IMG/VR virus record: IMGVR_UViG_3300045988_165698
Source: a virus
DNA: 35,617 nt
Reading direction: 5' to 3' (one strand)
This document shows positions 27,301 to 35,617 of the stretch, in pieces (position 1 is the stretch's first letter; every line of letters starts with the position of its first letter). The notes below the pieces were generated by a model. That model was not told where the DNA came from. It searched no databases and was given only the letters and a program-made list of their open reading frames with translations. Position numbers and translations under genes: made by a program.

Positions 27301-28292
27301 CAGGTGGTGTAGGAGACGTTCTTCTACCGATGATTACACCACAAGCAAAACAGAATGTATTTAAAGATAAATTTACAACTGATAGTGTCTTGAAAAATAA
27401 ATATGTAAGTAAATTTTATGAAACTTTGGAGAAGCAAAATCAAATTGCAAATGATCCATTGGCAACAGATGAAGATGAGATACAGCTTAAGTATTTAAAT
27501 AATACCTCAAAAGAAATGGGAGAATTGTATAAAGAAAAACGTAATGTACAAATGAGTAATATTACAAATAAGGAAAAGACTGCTAAAGTTAGAGAGATTC
27601 AAGAAAAGATTAATGAACTAGCAGAAAGTAGTTTGCAAAATTATACAAATTTCACAAAAACTCAAAATTCGGCTAAAATCGGAGACCAAGAGTATTATAA
27701 GAATGGTAATGGAGAATGGACTTCAATGAATGAAGAGACTAAACAAAAGAATAGCAATATATCAACGGAGACTTATTCTGACTACAAACAGAAAGTGTAC
27801 CAGGAAACTCAAAAACAAAGAGCTAATGGAACCCTTAATAAAAATCAGAGTTTAAAACAAAAAGATAAAATACAAATATTGTTAAATTCAAAATATAGTG
27901 ATAAAGAAAAGAAAGCTATATATTCAACTTATATTAAGAATGAACAAGACACAGAATATGAAATAATGAATTATGCAAATACAGATATTGATGAGTATTT
28001 AAAATACAAACAACAAGGATTTGATAGTGACTATGCAGATAATGGAACTATAAATGGAAAGGCAATAAGTGGTAGTAGACAAAGGAAAGTATATGAATAT
28101 ATTAATTCAGCTAAAATGACATATGAACAGAAATTGTTGCTTTTAGGTATGCAGTACAAATTAACATCTGGAGAAAGAAGTACGTTAGCAAAATATGTTG
28201 ATACTTTAAATATAACATCTGATGAAAAATTAAAAGCATATAAGAAGATAAAAGGCTTTACAGTCTACAAAAATGGAAAAGTAAGCTGGTAG
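21384..28292 (+). CDS. Giant 2302-aa multidomain virion-associated protein
   Basis: Two HExxH motifs (IHELGHDLE, IHEIQHAIQ), ART-like segment, three 71-aa repeats, C-terminal LPD38-like segment; follows tail-proximal genes. Confidence 0.75.
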   Translation: MAFFKLSDLSEKEKKKYLQSIEDQVNERLNSRNSLEKEANDNFNNIFNSKYGQNNNINVGNTNDWATSKIKEKNSADNLLAPVETKINEDLYKNDLKNSAQQYYDNSNISYKNKNIFEDILGIGENLVRGASSGLKQTMNYATAVNKGYKGYNDITNKLARAKYLSTPIQDRKEEDLNKNFIEEAVNNSIQKDNEAVSKNINSMSGKVTQKLSELAPSIGQMGVGAVLSSVNPALGTGYFYSSAAGGYLDDAKSRGMNEKQALVYSSVLGGLEAATEEVGIRNFEKAGAGVKALLSGAGKEGAKTAVENIAKKEITTSVKDVLKNYGIGIADNFIQEAIMDPLQEISANAVGGKADWSGMGQKMLQDGINGGLVAAIVGGANLGINSCIGIVDKNNNGQNVSQTEYKQALQDAQGAGIDIQQNIKDKINEQINNLNNQEGKANIENILNRESVQDIANNSQLQQYNNTNKTVVKDFNESAKRYNIDYNNEDLKEINQMYNKRGITTYFDENTFKNNKDVFSIWKPTYDENGNISGREVVFNPNSQDTKTRVQELAIHELGHDLELNEVQNMILKDASKKENWKNARKSLEDTYKQAYENDGIQISKEDFNKIVDEEATMSILQRELGSQEYVNKLVNQNQSIAKKIYNWVIDKLNKFTGGKNEKLFWTDIRNKFETAYNQEFNKNDSDLKYSIAGKEALKNIKDQQVSKEAYNSYNKAKQMAKNKESNEKIFKETGWYKDKVTGKMKFNFSDKNMKIVDKNYKVGQEFKLKDILVHDTLFEMYPQLKDYKVKIEDMNSNKSKSNSKLNGRYNRLTNELTIDINRFNNISNAEGTLIHEIQHAIQQIEGFAGGTSTKFGKEKYKNNPGEIEARDTSARMIQEKYNQKDLINSMPKSANADTTILEKMKIGLYNYLSNISNEEISNEFNESNKKKNSSNTSENNGLVLGGIKENNVESENNSGSFSLLENKQKQLNIIQKNNKMQDDYHTGIRNIEDIKTFEEAIHDNESFVYGDYSFEDAQKDLERGKVTVYSSKPITQGGFVSTSKNMAQDYAGNGKIYSKEVGINDVAWINGDEGQYANINQKYAAPTKNWQQFVENNYQQQGTGKNLKEYKLAIEKVQENNRKAINSSSNTKNYVENSLNIPTREYFEDKKMQDLLTDEDYKVINDIYEKEGKTDIATKQEKGNYLEKYEGDTESHDDFSNTKRYIENNLNVPTKEYFENKKSQELLTDEDYAILNDIYEKEGRTEILTSKKKDNILGKYENNTASIDDFSNTKKYIENNLNVPTKEFFENKIKQDLLTDEDYAVLNDIYEKEGETKILTEKKKANILEKYVNDKYKFKDSFDELAQKFINKGHYIDKLSKEANNPELKYAYDRNLNSFAEGQYEVGVAQTNNEGKKIGKSINEIWEPIEKQNLTKEFSEYLLHKHNIDRSERNKFVFGSEIGPAESTAIAMELEQRYPKFKEYAKDIKKFNHNNLQCLVDAGLLSNDMVKYLESMYPNYVTISRDLQDSIYAGDKNKTGVNAPIKNATGGNADIQPLKETMAQQAIKIKRLINQNMLGQELAKTLKNSHVEQEGSIQLSPTMLFGLDTLVDTDTKGNKYYTYFENGELQKLKIDDNLYESLKPTERSRLEETLPIKALQKVTSLHRSVLTSSNPIFIVTNFFKDFQDGMFNSKYSSKFVKNYGKALNEIMTKGEYYETYMANGGMTNTYFDYNDGIKKQPNKFVEKIRNANEIVEQLPRMSEFISTLEDGKSLNEALYNAAEITTNFKRGGDITKAINRNGVNFLNASIQGLDKQFRNFSEQKGAKGYVNLLVKATLMGVVPSILNHILLDDDKDYEKLSESTKDLYYLFKNGDGKFIRIPKGRVLSVFGAAARRTLESIEGNEEAWKGFKDTVINQVAPNNPLEDNILAPIMQVKNNKTWYGSDLVSSRLQKELPKNQYDETTDEFSKWLGSKINASPKKINYLIDQYSGGVGDVLLPMITPQAKQNVFKDKFTTDSVLKNKYVSKFYETLEKQNQIANDPLATDEDEIQLKYLNNTSKEMGELYKEKRNVQMSNITNKEKTAKVREIQEKINELAESSLQNYTNFTKTQNSAKIGDQEYYKNGNGEWTSMNEETKQKNSNISTETYSDYKQKVYQETQKQRANGTLNKNQSLKQKDKIQILLNSKYSDKEKKAIYSTYIKNEQDTEYEIMNYANTDIDEYLKYKQQGFDSDYADNGTINGKAISGSRQRKVYEYINSAKMTYEQKLLLLGMQYKLTSGERSTLAKYVDTLNITSDEKLKAYKKIKGFTVYKNGKVSW
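24771..25410 (+). repeat. Three in-frame tandem repeats of exactly 213 bp (71 aa)
   Basis: NTKxYIENNLNVPTKEYFENKxxQxLLTDEDYAxLNDIYEKEGxTxI x3; homologous bases at 24775, 24988, 25201. Confidence 0.9.
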
Positions 28293-28300
28293 GAGGAAAT

Positions 28301-29710
28301 ATGTCAAGTAAACAAGATGCAAATGGAGTAAGGAATGTTCAAGATTTAGAAAAAAAGTATGATTTTGCAGGCTTATTAGGACTAAAGAAAAATGTAGAGT
28401 ATGCTCAAAAATCTATATTGCAAATTAATAATGAAATAAACAATATATTACATTCTTTAATCTTAAATTTAAAAGATGTATTAGATAGCCAGAGTGAAGT
28501 ATCACTCTGGTTTTATGATGATATACCAACATTGCAAAATGAACCATATATAAATTGGAGTACGCCACAGGAACATTATGGAGATATATATTATGATAGA
28601 AAAACAGGATATGTATATCAATATTCAGAAAGTGGTTGGAAAAGAAACAAGGATACATCTTTAGTACAAGCAATGGCATTAACAAATTCAGAACTTGTAA
28701 ATGGTGAACATGAAAGAAAAGTTTTTTTCGATGTTCCAGAAACTCCATATTCCAGTGGAGATTGGTGGATAAAAGAAGAAGGAATTTTATATATATGTCA
28801 ATTAGGTAAAACAGCTGAATTAACTTATGATGAAGCGGATTTTGTACCGTCTAACCAATATTCTACTACTGTTGCACTGCAACAAGGAGAGAAACTTACG
28901 GTATTACAAGGGACGGTTCAGCAAATAACCAAAGACTATGTAAAGTTTACAGATCTGTCAACTGGTGGAAGTACAACAATAGCTGGAGAAAACATAAAAA
29001 CTGGTGTTATAACTTCCGTAAACTATGTAAGTAATTCCAAAGGAACAAAAATAAATCTTAATAATGGTACTATAGATACCAAGAATTTCAAGTTAGACGA
29101 ATATGGAAATGTGTCACTCTTAAATGGTTCAAAAATAATCACAGATGATGGACTTATGACAAACCTACAGTATTTAGGGAGTAATATGGGATACCAGGGA
29201 TTAATGCCATTAGGGTTAAATGTAGATTTGGCGAATGATAAATTTACAAAGTCTGATATTATTATATACGCAGATATTCCAGATAACTTTAAAGTGTCAA
29301 AAGCATATATAACTATAATACATCAACCAGCACTTTGGAATAATTCAAATTGGGGTTTTACGAGAGGTATAGGAATATATAAAGCTGTTTTAGATGGAAA
29401 ATTTGAAGGATATTGGGAAAGTGATTTTCAAAATGCTATCGAAGATACATTAATACAGCTTACAAAGATATTTAATGGAAGCAACGATTGGACGCCTTCA
29501 ACACCATCTGCCTCAAGAAGTATTATTCAGACTAATATTACATCTGATATTAGCTCTAATATTTCAAAAGGACTAAATAAATTTATAATACAAACAACAA
29601 GAACGGTTCCAACGTATGGAAGTGATTTTAACACAAATCAAAAGACGGCGATGCAGAATACAGGTAGAGTAATGGCAATCTTAAACATATATGGTTTTAT
29701 GAAAAATTAG
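28301..29710 (+). CDS. Tail/receptor-binding complex protein
   Basis: Position and composition: YINWSTPQEHYGDIYYDRKTGYVYQYSESGWKRN, TPYSSGDWWIKEEGILYIC. Confidence 0.6.
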   Translation: MSSKQDANGVRNVQDLEKKYDFAGLLGLKKNVEYAQKSILQINNEINNILHSLILNLKDVLDSQSEVSLWFYDDIPTLQNEPYINWSTPQEHYGDIYYDRKTGYVYQYSESGWKRNKDTSLVQAMALTNSELVNGEHERKVFFDVPETPYSSGDWWIKEEGILYICQLGKTAELTYDEADFVPSNQYSTTVALQQGEKLTVLQGTVQQITKDYVKFTDLSTGGSTTIAGENIKTGVITSVNYVSNSKGTKINLNNGTIDTKNFKLDEYGNVSLLNGSKIITDDGLMTNLQYLGSNMGYQGLMPLGLNVDLANDKFTKSDIIIYADIPDNFKVSKAYITIIHQPALWNNSNWGFTRGIGIYKAVLDGKFEGYWESDFQNAIEDTLIQLTKIFNGSNDWTPSTPSASRSIIQTNITSDISSNISKGLNKFIIQTTRTVPTYGSDFNTNQKTAMQNTGRVMAILNIYGFMKN

Positions 29711-29725
29711 GAGGTACATAAAATA

Positions 29726-30082
29726 ATGATAGAAATTGAAGATAAGACAATAAAATTATCAAGAGGTGATGCAGCTACAATAAAACTAACAATTCCTAAC
29801 TATGAATTTAAGATTGGAGACAAAATTAAATTTAGAGTATTTGAAAAAAAGGACTACAATAACATTTTGATGGATAAAGAAGTTGTAGTTGATAAGGCAA
29901 CGAATGAAGTTGATATTTGTATTTTAGAAAAAGATTCAACAATAGGAGAAACCATTAATAAACCTCAGACATATTGGTACGAAATATCATTAAACGAAAA
30001 TCAAACAATAATAGGATATGATGAAAATGGACCGGCAGAACTTATATTATATCCAGCTCAAATAGGAAAGGAAGGTGTGTAA
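29726..30082 (+). CDS. Small baseplate/fibre-associated protein (BppU-N-like)
   Basis: RGDAATIKLTIPNYEFKIGDKIKFRVFEKKDY...WYEISLNENQTIIGYDENGPAELILYP. Confidence 0.6.
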   Translation: MIEIEDKTIKLSRGDAATIKLTIPNYEFKIGDKIKFRVFEKKDYNNILMDKEVVVDKATNEVDICILEKDSTIGETINKPQTYWYEISLNENQTIIGYDENGPAELILYPAQIGKEGV

Positions 30083-33000
30083 TATGCCTATAAATGCAGT
30101 AAACTTAACTGGAAATGTCTATCCAGCAGGTCCAAAGGGAGATACTGGACCTGCAAATACATTAGAAATTGGCACAGTAGAAAAAGGTGAAAATGCATCT
30201 GCTTCAATAACTGGAGAAGCTCCGAATCAAACTTTAAATTTGATCTTACCTAAGGGCGATAAAGGAGAAAAAGGTGATACTGGTGAGACTAACTCATTAT
30301 CAATTGGAACAGTAGAAAAAGGAACTGTCCCATCAGCAACGATAACAGGACAAGCACCTAACCAGATACTGAATTTAGTATTGCCAAAGGGAGACACTGG
30401 GGAAAAAGGCGAAGTTGGACCAAGAGGAGAGCAAGGAATACAAGGTAATCCTGGTCCTATAAATTCAATAAAAATTGGAAGAGTAGAAAAAGGAGAAGAA
30501 GCTTCTGTAACAATAGTTGGTGAATCGCCAAATCAGATATTAAATTTTGTCTTACCAATAGGACCAAAAGGAAATACGGGAGAAAAAGGAGACCAAGGAC
30601 CTAAAGGGGAACAAGGAATACAAGGAGAAACAGGAGCGACTACTTCGCTATCTATTGGACTAGTATCTAGCGGTGAAGAGGCATCTGCTACTATTATAGG
30701 AGAAGCACCGGACCAAATATTAAATTTAGTGCTACCAAAAGGTGATAAAGGAGAGAAGGGAAATGTAGGACCGCAGGGTGTACAAGGCATACAAGGTGAA
30801 ACTGGTCCGGCCAACTCTTTAACTATAGGAACTGTAGAGAAAGGAGCTGTTCCATCAGCAACAATAACTGGAGAAGCACCAAACCAAGTGTTAAATCTAG
30901 TGTTACCAACTGGAGAAACAGCTGAAATAGAAGCAATAAAAGAAGAACAAACAACACAGAATGAAAATATAGAGAAAAATGCAGAGGGGATAGCACAGAA
31001 TAAAAAAGATGTTGATGAAGAGTTGACTAAAATAAAAAAAGAAAATAGTTTGCTGAAGTCACAAATCCCAGAAGGACATGCAAGTGGGAATGATATACAT
31101 CTTGAAGATAGCTCTAATATGCCATTTGAGTGGAGATTAAATGGAGGAAGTAGACAAGAAATGAGGGAAGGCTATAATCTGGCAAATTTAGATGCAGACT
31201 CTTTTATTAAAAATGGTGTTACAGTTACTAACAATGGAGATGGAAGCTGGACCTTTAACGGCAAATCAAGTACTGCTGGTGACTTAGTTCTAACAAAGAA
31301 TGTTTTATTATCTAATAAAATATATCAATTTGAAGATGCAAAGTACTTATTTAAAACTATTGTTGTGTCTGGAAGTTTTTCTAACCCAGATAAGGTAACA
31401 GTTAGAACGATGGGAATGGGACAAGATGATGGAGTTGACAATTTCCTTATCTTAAATAATGAATTAAGAGATGGAGAATTTTCAAAAATATTTAATAAAA
31501 AATCTACAAGTCATTTAAGCCGTTTGGAACTTTATTGTGGACCAAATGTAACATTCAATAATTATACTATAAAAATATTATTTGCAAAGACTGACAATAA
31601 AGAACTTGAATGGGAACAATATGGAGTATCTCCGTCACTAGACTTTCTAAGTGAAATAAAAAATGTTGGAGATAATATTAATTTATTAAATAAAGATACA
31701 GTTGATGCCTCGAATAACTTGAGAGGAAATGCACTAGATACCGGTAGAAGATTAATTGCAAATAAAGATGGGAATTATACTTACGGAGCTTTTAAACTCG
31801 GAGGAAGAGAGTTGTTAGGAAAAACATTAGGGATTCACGCTGATATAGAAACTACAGGTGGAAACCCTAGAATATCAATATTCGCAGGAAATTCATCTTC
31901 TCTTACAAAGAGTCTACTACAAGTTGTGCTTTCAGCTTCTGGCACTGGATATATCACAATTCCATCAAATTTAAACAGTGAATTAGATACTATTTCTGCT
32001 ATATTGTATGTAACAACAGATGCGAGAGTAGTCGCAGGTACTTATGTTGATTATACTAATTTAAAAGTACAAGTTGGGGAAGGGGAAGTTGTATATTCTG
32101 ATTATAATTGTGGAAGCATTAAAACTACAGAATGCAATAAGAATTTAGCAAGTTGGGACAATAAAAATATTAGTTCTGCAAACATAATAAGTGAAGCCAT
32201 AGAAGGAAATATTATTAAAACAGAAGGAAATGAAGGAATAGCTAATTTAGGATATAGTGGGGGAATATCTCAAATAAAATTTAGCAAAAAATTAAAATTT
32301 GGGACACAATACACACTTTCTGTCAAAATTAGACTTTTAAAACAAGGCAAATGGTCTAATCAAACGCAGTTCTTTTTTGGGAATAAAGAGAAATATAGTA
32401 GTGAAGAACAAAGATTTGAATTAACTTTAAACACTTACGTATTATGTGTATTTAATTTTAAACCTAAATTAGAAAACGAAGATGTTTTTACGATATATTT
32501 AAATTCAAACGAAATTGAGATTGATTTAAATACTTTACAAATAGAAGAAAATACAGCTGCAACAGACTACATTCCCCATGAAGAGCAAAGTATAATATTC
32601 CCACTTGCAGAAGGACAAAAACTTTATGAGGGTAGCTATCTGGAAAAAGATGGAATACATAATAAAAGAAAACAGATTGTGTTGACTGGAAATGAAAATA
32701 TTTTTGAAAGCCAATTAGGTACTTATCAAACATTTGGGATTGTTATATCAGGCATAAAGCAAGGCACTAAATTAATGAGCAATTATTTTACTAGCTATCC
32801 AACTATAACAGATATAAAATATAAAGTTGGAATGACAAATAATAATGCTGCTGATAGATTATATATTTCTAATGGCGAGTCATCTAAAACAGAAGAATTT
32901 AAAGCATTGTTATCGCAACGACTTGATGAAGGAATACCAGTAATAATCGAATATGAATTAGCGACAGAAGAAATAATACCATATACACAAGAGCAACAAG

Positions 33001-33230
33001 CTGTAATAGATAAAATACTATATACATATAAGAATGTCACAAACATTAGTGTAGACAACGAATTAGCAACGCTAGACATAACGTACAAAAAGGACATTGC
33101 AACAATGTTTAATAATCAAGCAAAAGAATATAACGAAAGATTAAGCAATATAGAGAACTTGCTAAATACAACAGAGACAAGTGCTTTATTGTTAGATAAT
33201 TTAGAAGATGACTTAGAGAAAGAGGTGTAA
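30075..33230 (+). CDS. Collagen-like tail fibre/adhesin
   Basis: GPKGDTGP..., GEQGIQGETG Gly-X-Y tracts alternating with IGTVEKGxxxSATITGxAPNQxLNLVLP units; later GDGSWTFNGKSS module. Confidence 0.8.
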   Translation: MCNMPINAVNLTGNVYPAGPKGDTGPANTLEIGTVEKGENASASITGEAPNQTLNLILPKGDKGEKGDTGETNSLSIGTVEKGTVPSATITGQAPNQILNLVLPKGDTGEKGEVGPRGEQGIQGNPGPINSIKIGRVEKGEEASVTIVGESPNQILNFVLPIGPKGNTGEKGDQGPKGEQGIQGETGATTSLSIGLVSSGEEASATIIGEAPDQILNLVLPKGDKGEKGNVGPQGVQGIQGETGPANSLTIGTVEKGAVPSATITGEAPNQVLNLVLPTGETAEIEAIKEEQTTQNENIEKNAEGIAQNKKDVDEELTKIKKENSLLKSQIPEGHASGNDIHLEDSSNMPFEWRLNGGSRQEMREGYNLANLDADSFIKNGVTVTNNGDGSWTFNGKSSTAGDLVLTKNVLLSNKIYQFEDAKYLFKTIVVSGSFSNPDKVTVRTMGMGQDDGVDNFLILNNELRDGEFSKIFNKKSTSHLSRLELYCGPNVTFNNYTIKILFAKTDNKELEWEQYGVSPSLDFLSEIKNVGDNINLLNKDTVDASNNLRGNALDTGRRLIANKDGNYTYGAFKLGGRELLGKTLGIHADIETTGGNPRISIFAGNSSSLTKSLLQVVLSASGTGYITIPSNLNSELDTISAILYVTTDARVVAGTYVDYTNLKVQVGEGEVVYSDYNCGSIKTTECNKNLASWDNKNISSANIISEAIEGNIIKTEGNEGIANLGYSGGISQIKFSKKLKFGTQYTLSVKIRLLKQGKWSNQTQFFFGNKEKYSSEEQRFELTLNTYVLCVFNFKPKLENEDVFTIYLNSNEIEIDLNTLQIEENTAATDYIPHEEQSIIFPLAEGQKLYEGSYLEKDGIHNKRKQIVLTGNENIFESQLGTYQTFGIVISGIKQGTKLMSNYFTSYPTITDIKYKVGMTNNNAADRLYISNGESSKTEEFKALLSQRLDEGIPVIIEYELATEEIIPYTQEQQAVIDKILYTYKNVTNISVDNELATLDITYKKDIATMFNNQAKEYNERLSNIENLLNTTETSALLLDNLEDDLEKEV
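30130..30930 (+). repeat. Repeated fibre units alternating Gly-X-Y tracts and beta segments
   Basis: Five related copies of TxxLxIGxVexGexaSATIxGeAPNQiLNLvLPkGdkGekG. Confidence 0.8.
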
Positions 33231-33232
33231 TT

Positions 33233-33466
33233 ATGAGAATATCAGATTTATTATTAAAATTAATTGAAAAGAAATATTATGCAGAGAAAGAGCAAATTGA
33301 GAACAAGCTAAATATATTCTATGCAATGAATAAGATTAGTGATGAAGAATATAGCTCATTAGTACTAAAAGCAGAAGAAGTTTATGCAGAAGCAACAGAT
33401 ACAGAAGAAACTGACAACATAACAGAGGAGACAACAGCAAACACAGAAGAAAAAGCGGAGGAATAA
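33233..33466 (+). CDS. Small protein with acidic Thr/Glu tail
   Basis: 77-aa ORF, overlaps fibre/lysis boundary. Confidence 0.5.
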   Translation: MRISDLLLKLIEKKYYAEKEQIENKLNIFYAMNKISDEEYSSLVLKAEEVYAEATDTEETDNITEETTANTEEKAEE

Positions 33467-33469
33467 TCT

Positions 33470-33790
33470 ATGGAAAATATAACAATAGGTCAAATTGTTA
33501 TAGCAATAGGAAGTCTGTCAACATTGGCAGGCTTCTTTTATGCAATATACAACTTTGTAAAGAAAACTGTATTAGATAAAATAAGTGCTAATACACAAAG
33601 AATAGAGAGTCTTGAAAAAGAAACGGAAAATCTCAAAAGAGAGGTTGCTGATAGTAAAGAAGAAAGACTAATTCTACTAAAAGCTCAATTAGCTTGTTTA
33701 AAAGGCTTAAAAGAACAAGGCTGTGATGGACCAGTAACGCAAGCAATTGGAGATATAGAAAATTATTTAATAAAGAAAACACATAATTAA
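33470..33790 (+). CDS. Holin-associated membrane/coiled-coil protein
   Basis: One TM segment then coiled-coil; directly upstream of holin. Confidence 0.6.
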   Translation: MENITIGQIVIAIGSLSTLAGFFYAIYNFVKKTVLDKISANTQRIESLEKETENLKREVADSKEERLILLKAQLACLKGLKEQGCDGPVTQAIGDIENYLIKKTHN

Positions 33791-33803
33791 AGGAGGGAAG
33801 ATT

Positions 33804-34004
33804 ATGGAAAAATTAAAGAAAATAGCAAAATATACTACAAATATTTTAGCAATAATTAGTGCATTAATTGCTGGAATTAATGCTGTTGATGGTATAACAA
33901 TACCATATGCAATTCAAATAGTGCAAATAATAGCTGTTGTTCAAGGTGTTATTGGTACATATTTGCTAGGTCAAAAAGTTGTTACAAATAAGGAGGATAA
34001 ATAG
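33804..34004 (+). CDS. Phage holin
   Basis: 66 aa, two TM segments, followed by amidase. Confidence 0.8.
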   Translation: MEKLKKIAKYTTNILAIISALIAGINAVDGITIPYAIQIVQIIAVVQGVIGTYLLGQKVVTNKEDK

Positions 34005-34865
34005 ATGGAAATAATTGAAACTAACTTACAATTCAAAAATATGAACACAAGAACATCTACAGAAAGAATAATTTTACATCATGCAGATGCAAAAACATGC
34101 TCGGCGGAGGATATTCACAGGTGGCATCTTGCTAACGGTTGGGCTGGAGCAGGATATCATTTTCTAGTTAGAAAAGATGGCACAATATACAGACTTCGTC
34201 CAGAAGATAAAGTTGGAGCTCATGCATATGGCTCAAACTATAATTCAATAGGAGTATGTTTTGAAGGTAACTACATGGAAGAAGATATGCCAGAAGTTCA
34301 AAAACAAGCTGGAAAGGAATTAGTTGCATACTTAAAGAATAAGTACAAGATATCAACAGTGCAAAAACATAAAGATGTTTGTGCTACGAGTTGCCCGGGA
34401 GATAAGTTCCCTTTTAATGAGATTGCAAAATCTGAGACAAGTAATGAAATTATACCTAAACCACAAGAAAACGTTCAAAAAGGCAACGTCGCAGAAATAC
34501 AAGCCACTCTAAATGATAGATACGGACTAAATATTGCTGTAGATAATATCTATGGAAACGAGACAAGGAAAGCACTTGTAAAAGGGCTACAAACAGAATT
34601 AAATAAACAATATCATAGAGGTTTAGCTGTCGATGGAATATTTGGAACCAACACTTACAATTCTTGTATAAATGTTCGCAAAGGAGCAGAAGGTAATATT
34701 ACATATTTAATTCAAGCTATGCTAATATGCCATTCATTCGACATAGATGCAGATGGAATATTCGGAAATGCAACAGAAACTGCGGTACGAGAATTTCAAA
34801 AAAGAAATGGATTATCACAAGATGGAATAGTAGGAAAGAATACATTCAATAAGTTATTCAAATAA
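34005..34865 (+). CDS. N-acetylmuramoyl-L-alanine amidase endolysin with two peptidoglycan-binding domains
   Basis: ILHHADAKTCSAEDIHRWHLANGWAGAGYHFLV amidase_2 motif; two copies of DGIFGxxT PG-binding motif. Confidence 0.92.
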   Translation: MEIIETNLQFKNMNTRTSTERIILHHADAKTCSAEDIHRWHLANGWAGAGYHFLVRKDGTIYRLRPEDKVGAHAYGSNYNSIGVCFEGNYMEEDMPEVQKQAGKELVAYLKNKYKISTVQKHKDVCATSCPGDKFPFNEIAKSETSNEIIPKPQENVQKGNVAEIQATLNDRYGLNIAVDNIYGNETRKALVKGLQTELNKQYHRGLAVDGIFGTNTYNSCINVRKGAEGNITYLIQAMLICHSFDIDADGIFGNATETAVREFQKRNGLSQDGIVGKNTFNKLFK

Positions 34866-34870
34866 ACTTT

Positions 34871-34897
34871 GGTAGGAGCAATCCTACCTCTTTTTTT
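34871..34897 (+). terminator. Strong intrinsic terminator after endolysin
   Basis: GGTAGGA-GCAA-TCCTACC then CTCTTTTTTT. Confidence 0.85.
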
Positions 34898-34904
34898 ATG
34901 CCAA

Positions 34905-34920
34905 TTTCGCTATAGCGAAA
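34905..34920. repeat. Perfect 16-bp palindrome
   Basis: TTTCGCTATAGCGAAA. Confidence 0.5.
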
Positions 34921-35082
34921 GGATGCGTTAAATCTTAGACAACAAACTATATCCTAAAATAATTAAAATGCCTTAAAACTCATTCTCATACGTTGAATTT
35001 TTGCCTGTTTTTAGCTGTTTGACAAGTTTCGACAGACTTTTCACATAAAATTTGTTATTATATTAAAAAGGAGGACAAGCTT

Positions 35083-35187
35083 ATGGAAGAAGTAAAAAAG
35101 CTTGAACTAAAGATAAAGAACAATAGCCGATATGAAGATATAATAGAGCAGAGTATGCAAATAGATAAATACATAGACAAAATAATT

Positions 35188-35202
<15 letters not shown>
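35083..35202 (+). CDS. Spo0E-like small protein, 39 aa (tentative)
   Basis: AAAAGGAGG SD; MEEVKKLELKIKNNSRYEDIIEQSMQIDKYIDKIIEGAL with SxxxD core; not in ORF track. Confidence 0.45.
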
Positions 35203-35483
<281 letters not shown>

Positions 35484-35574
35484 ATTTATTAGTATTATAA
35501 AGTAAATGAATAAAAATTACAATAGTAATATTGATATTTATAAAATTAAGTTATAATAAAAGATAAAACAAAAA

Positions 35575-35600
35575 GGCCAGCCGTTACAGCTGGTCTTCTT
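35575..35600. terminator. Host terminator-like hairpin
   Basis: GGCCAGC...AGCTGGTC with flanking A and T tracts. Confidence 0.4.
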
Positions 35601-35617
35601 GCTACAAGATAAGTAAA

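Noticed and set aside
30130-30930. Repeats in the fibre gene as a diversity-generating template
   Set aside because: No reverse transcriptase or adenine-biased variable/template repeat pair is visible in the window.

Overview
The window is almost entirely one temperate phage genome, integrated at the 3' end of a minus-strand tRNA-Gly(UCC) gene (35409-35483). A short host gene tail sits at the left edge (1-105). Left to right: attL-like site; leftward lysogeny module (Cys-rich tyrosine integrase, zinc-ribbon membrane protein, CI-like repressor); rightward early genes (Cro-like HTH, DnaD-like replication protein, a second small tyrosine recombinase, many small unknown ORFs); a DUF4406-like protein; then terminase, portal, scaffold, capsid, connectors, a giant 2302-aa virion protein, collagen-like fibre, holin and amidase. 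I see no tape-measure or tail-tube genes, so a short-tailed (podovirus-like) virion is inferred. The most unusual observations are: (1) a minus-strand promoter-tRNA-terminator unit at 7106-7245 encoding a leucine-type class II tRNA body with an ACC (glycine) anticodon, with predicted transcription start at tRNA nucleotide 1; (2) a roughly 245-nt region of nested perfect or near-perfect helices (10909-11154), with its own promoter, just upstream of the packaging genes; (3) about 231-bp inverted arms at both prophage ends, full of TTTTAATGCA motifs, plus an inverted second att core 154 bp inside attL; (4) a perfect 12-bp hairpin covering the integrase ribosome-binding site; (5) a dif-like 8-6-8 palindrome beside the second recombinase; (6) a giant multidomain protein with exact 213-bp tandem repeats; (7) a Spo0E-like mini-ORF at the right end. 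All family names are from recognising sequence motifs; no searches were run.
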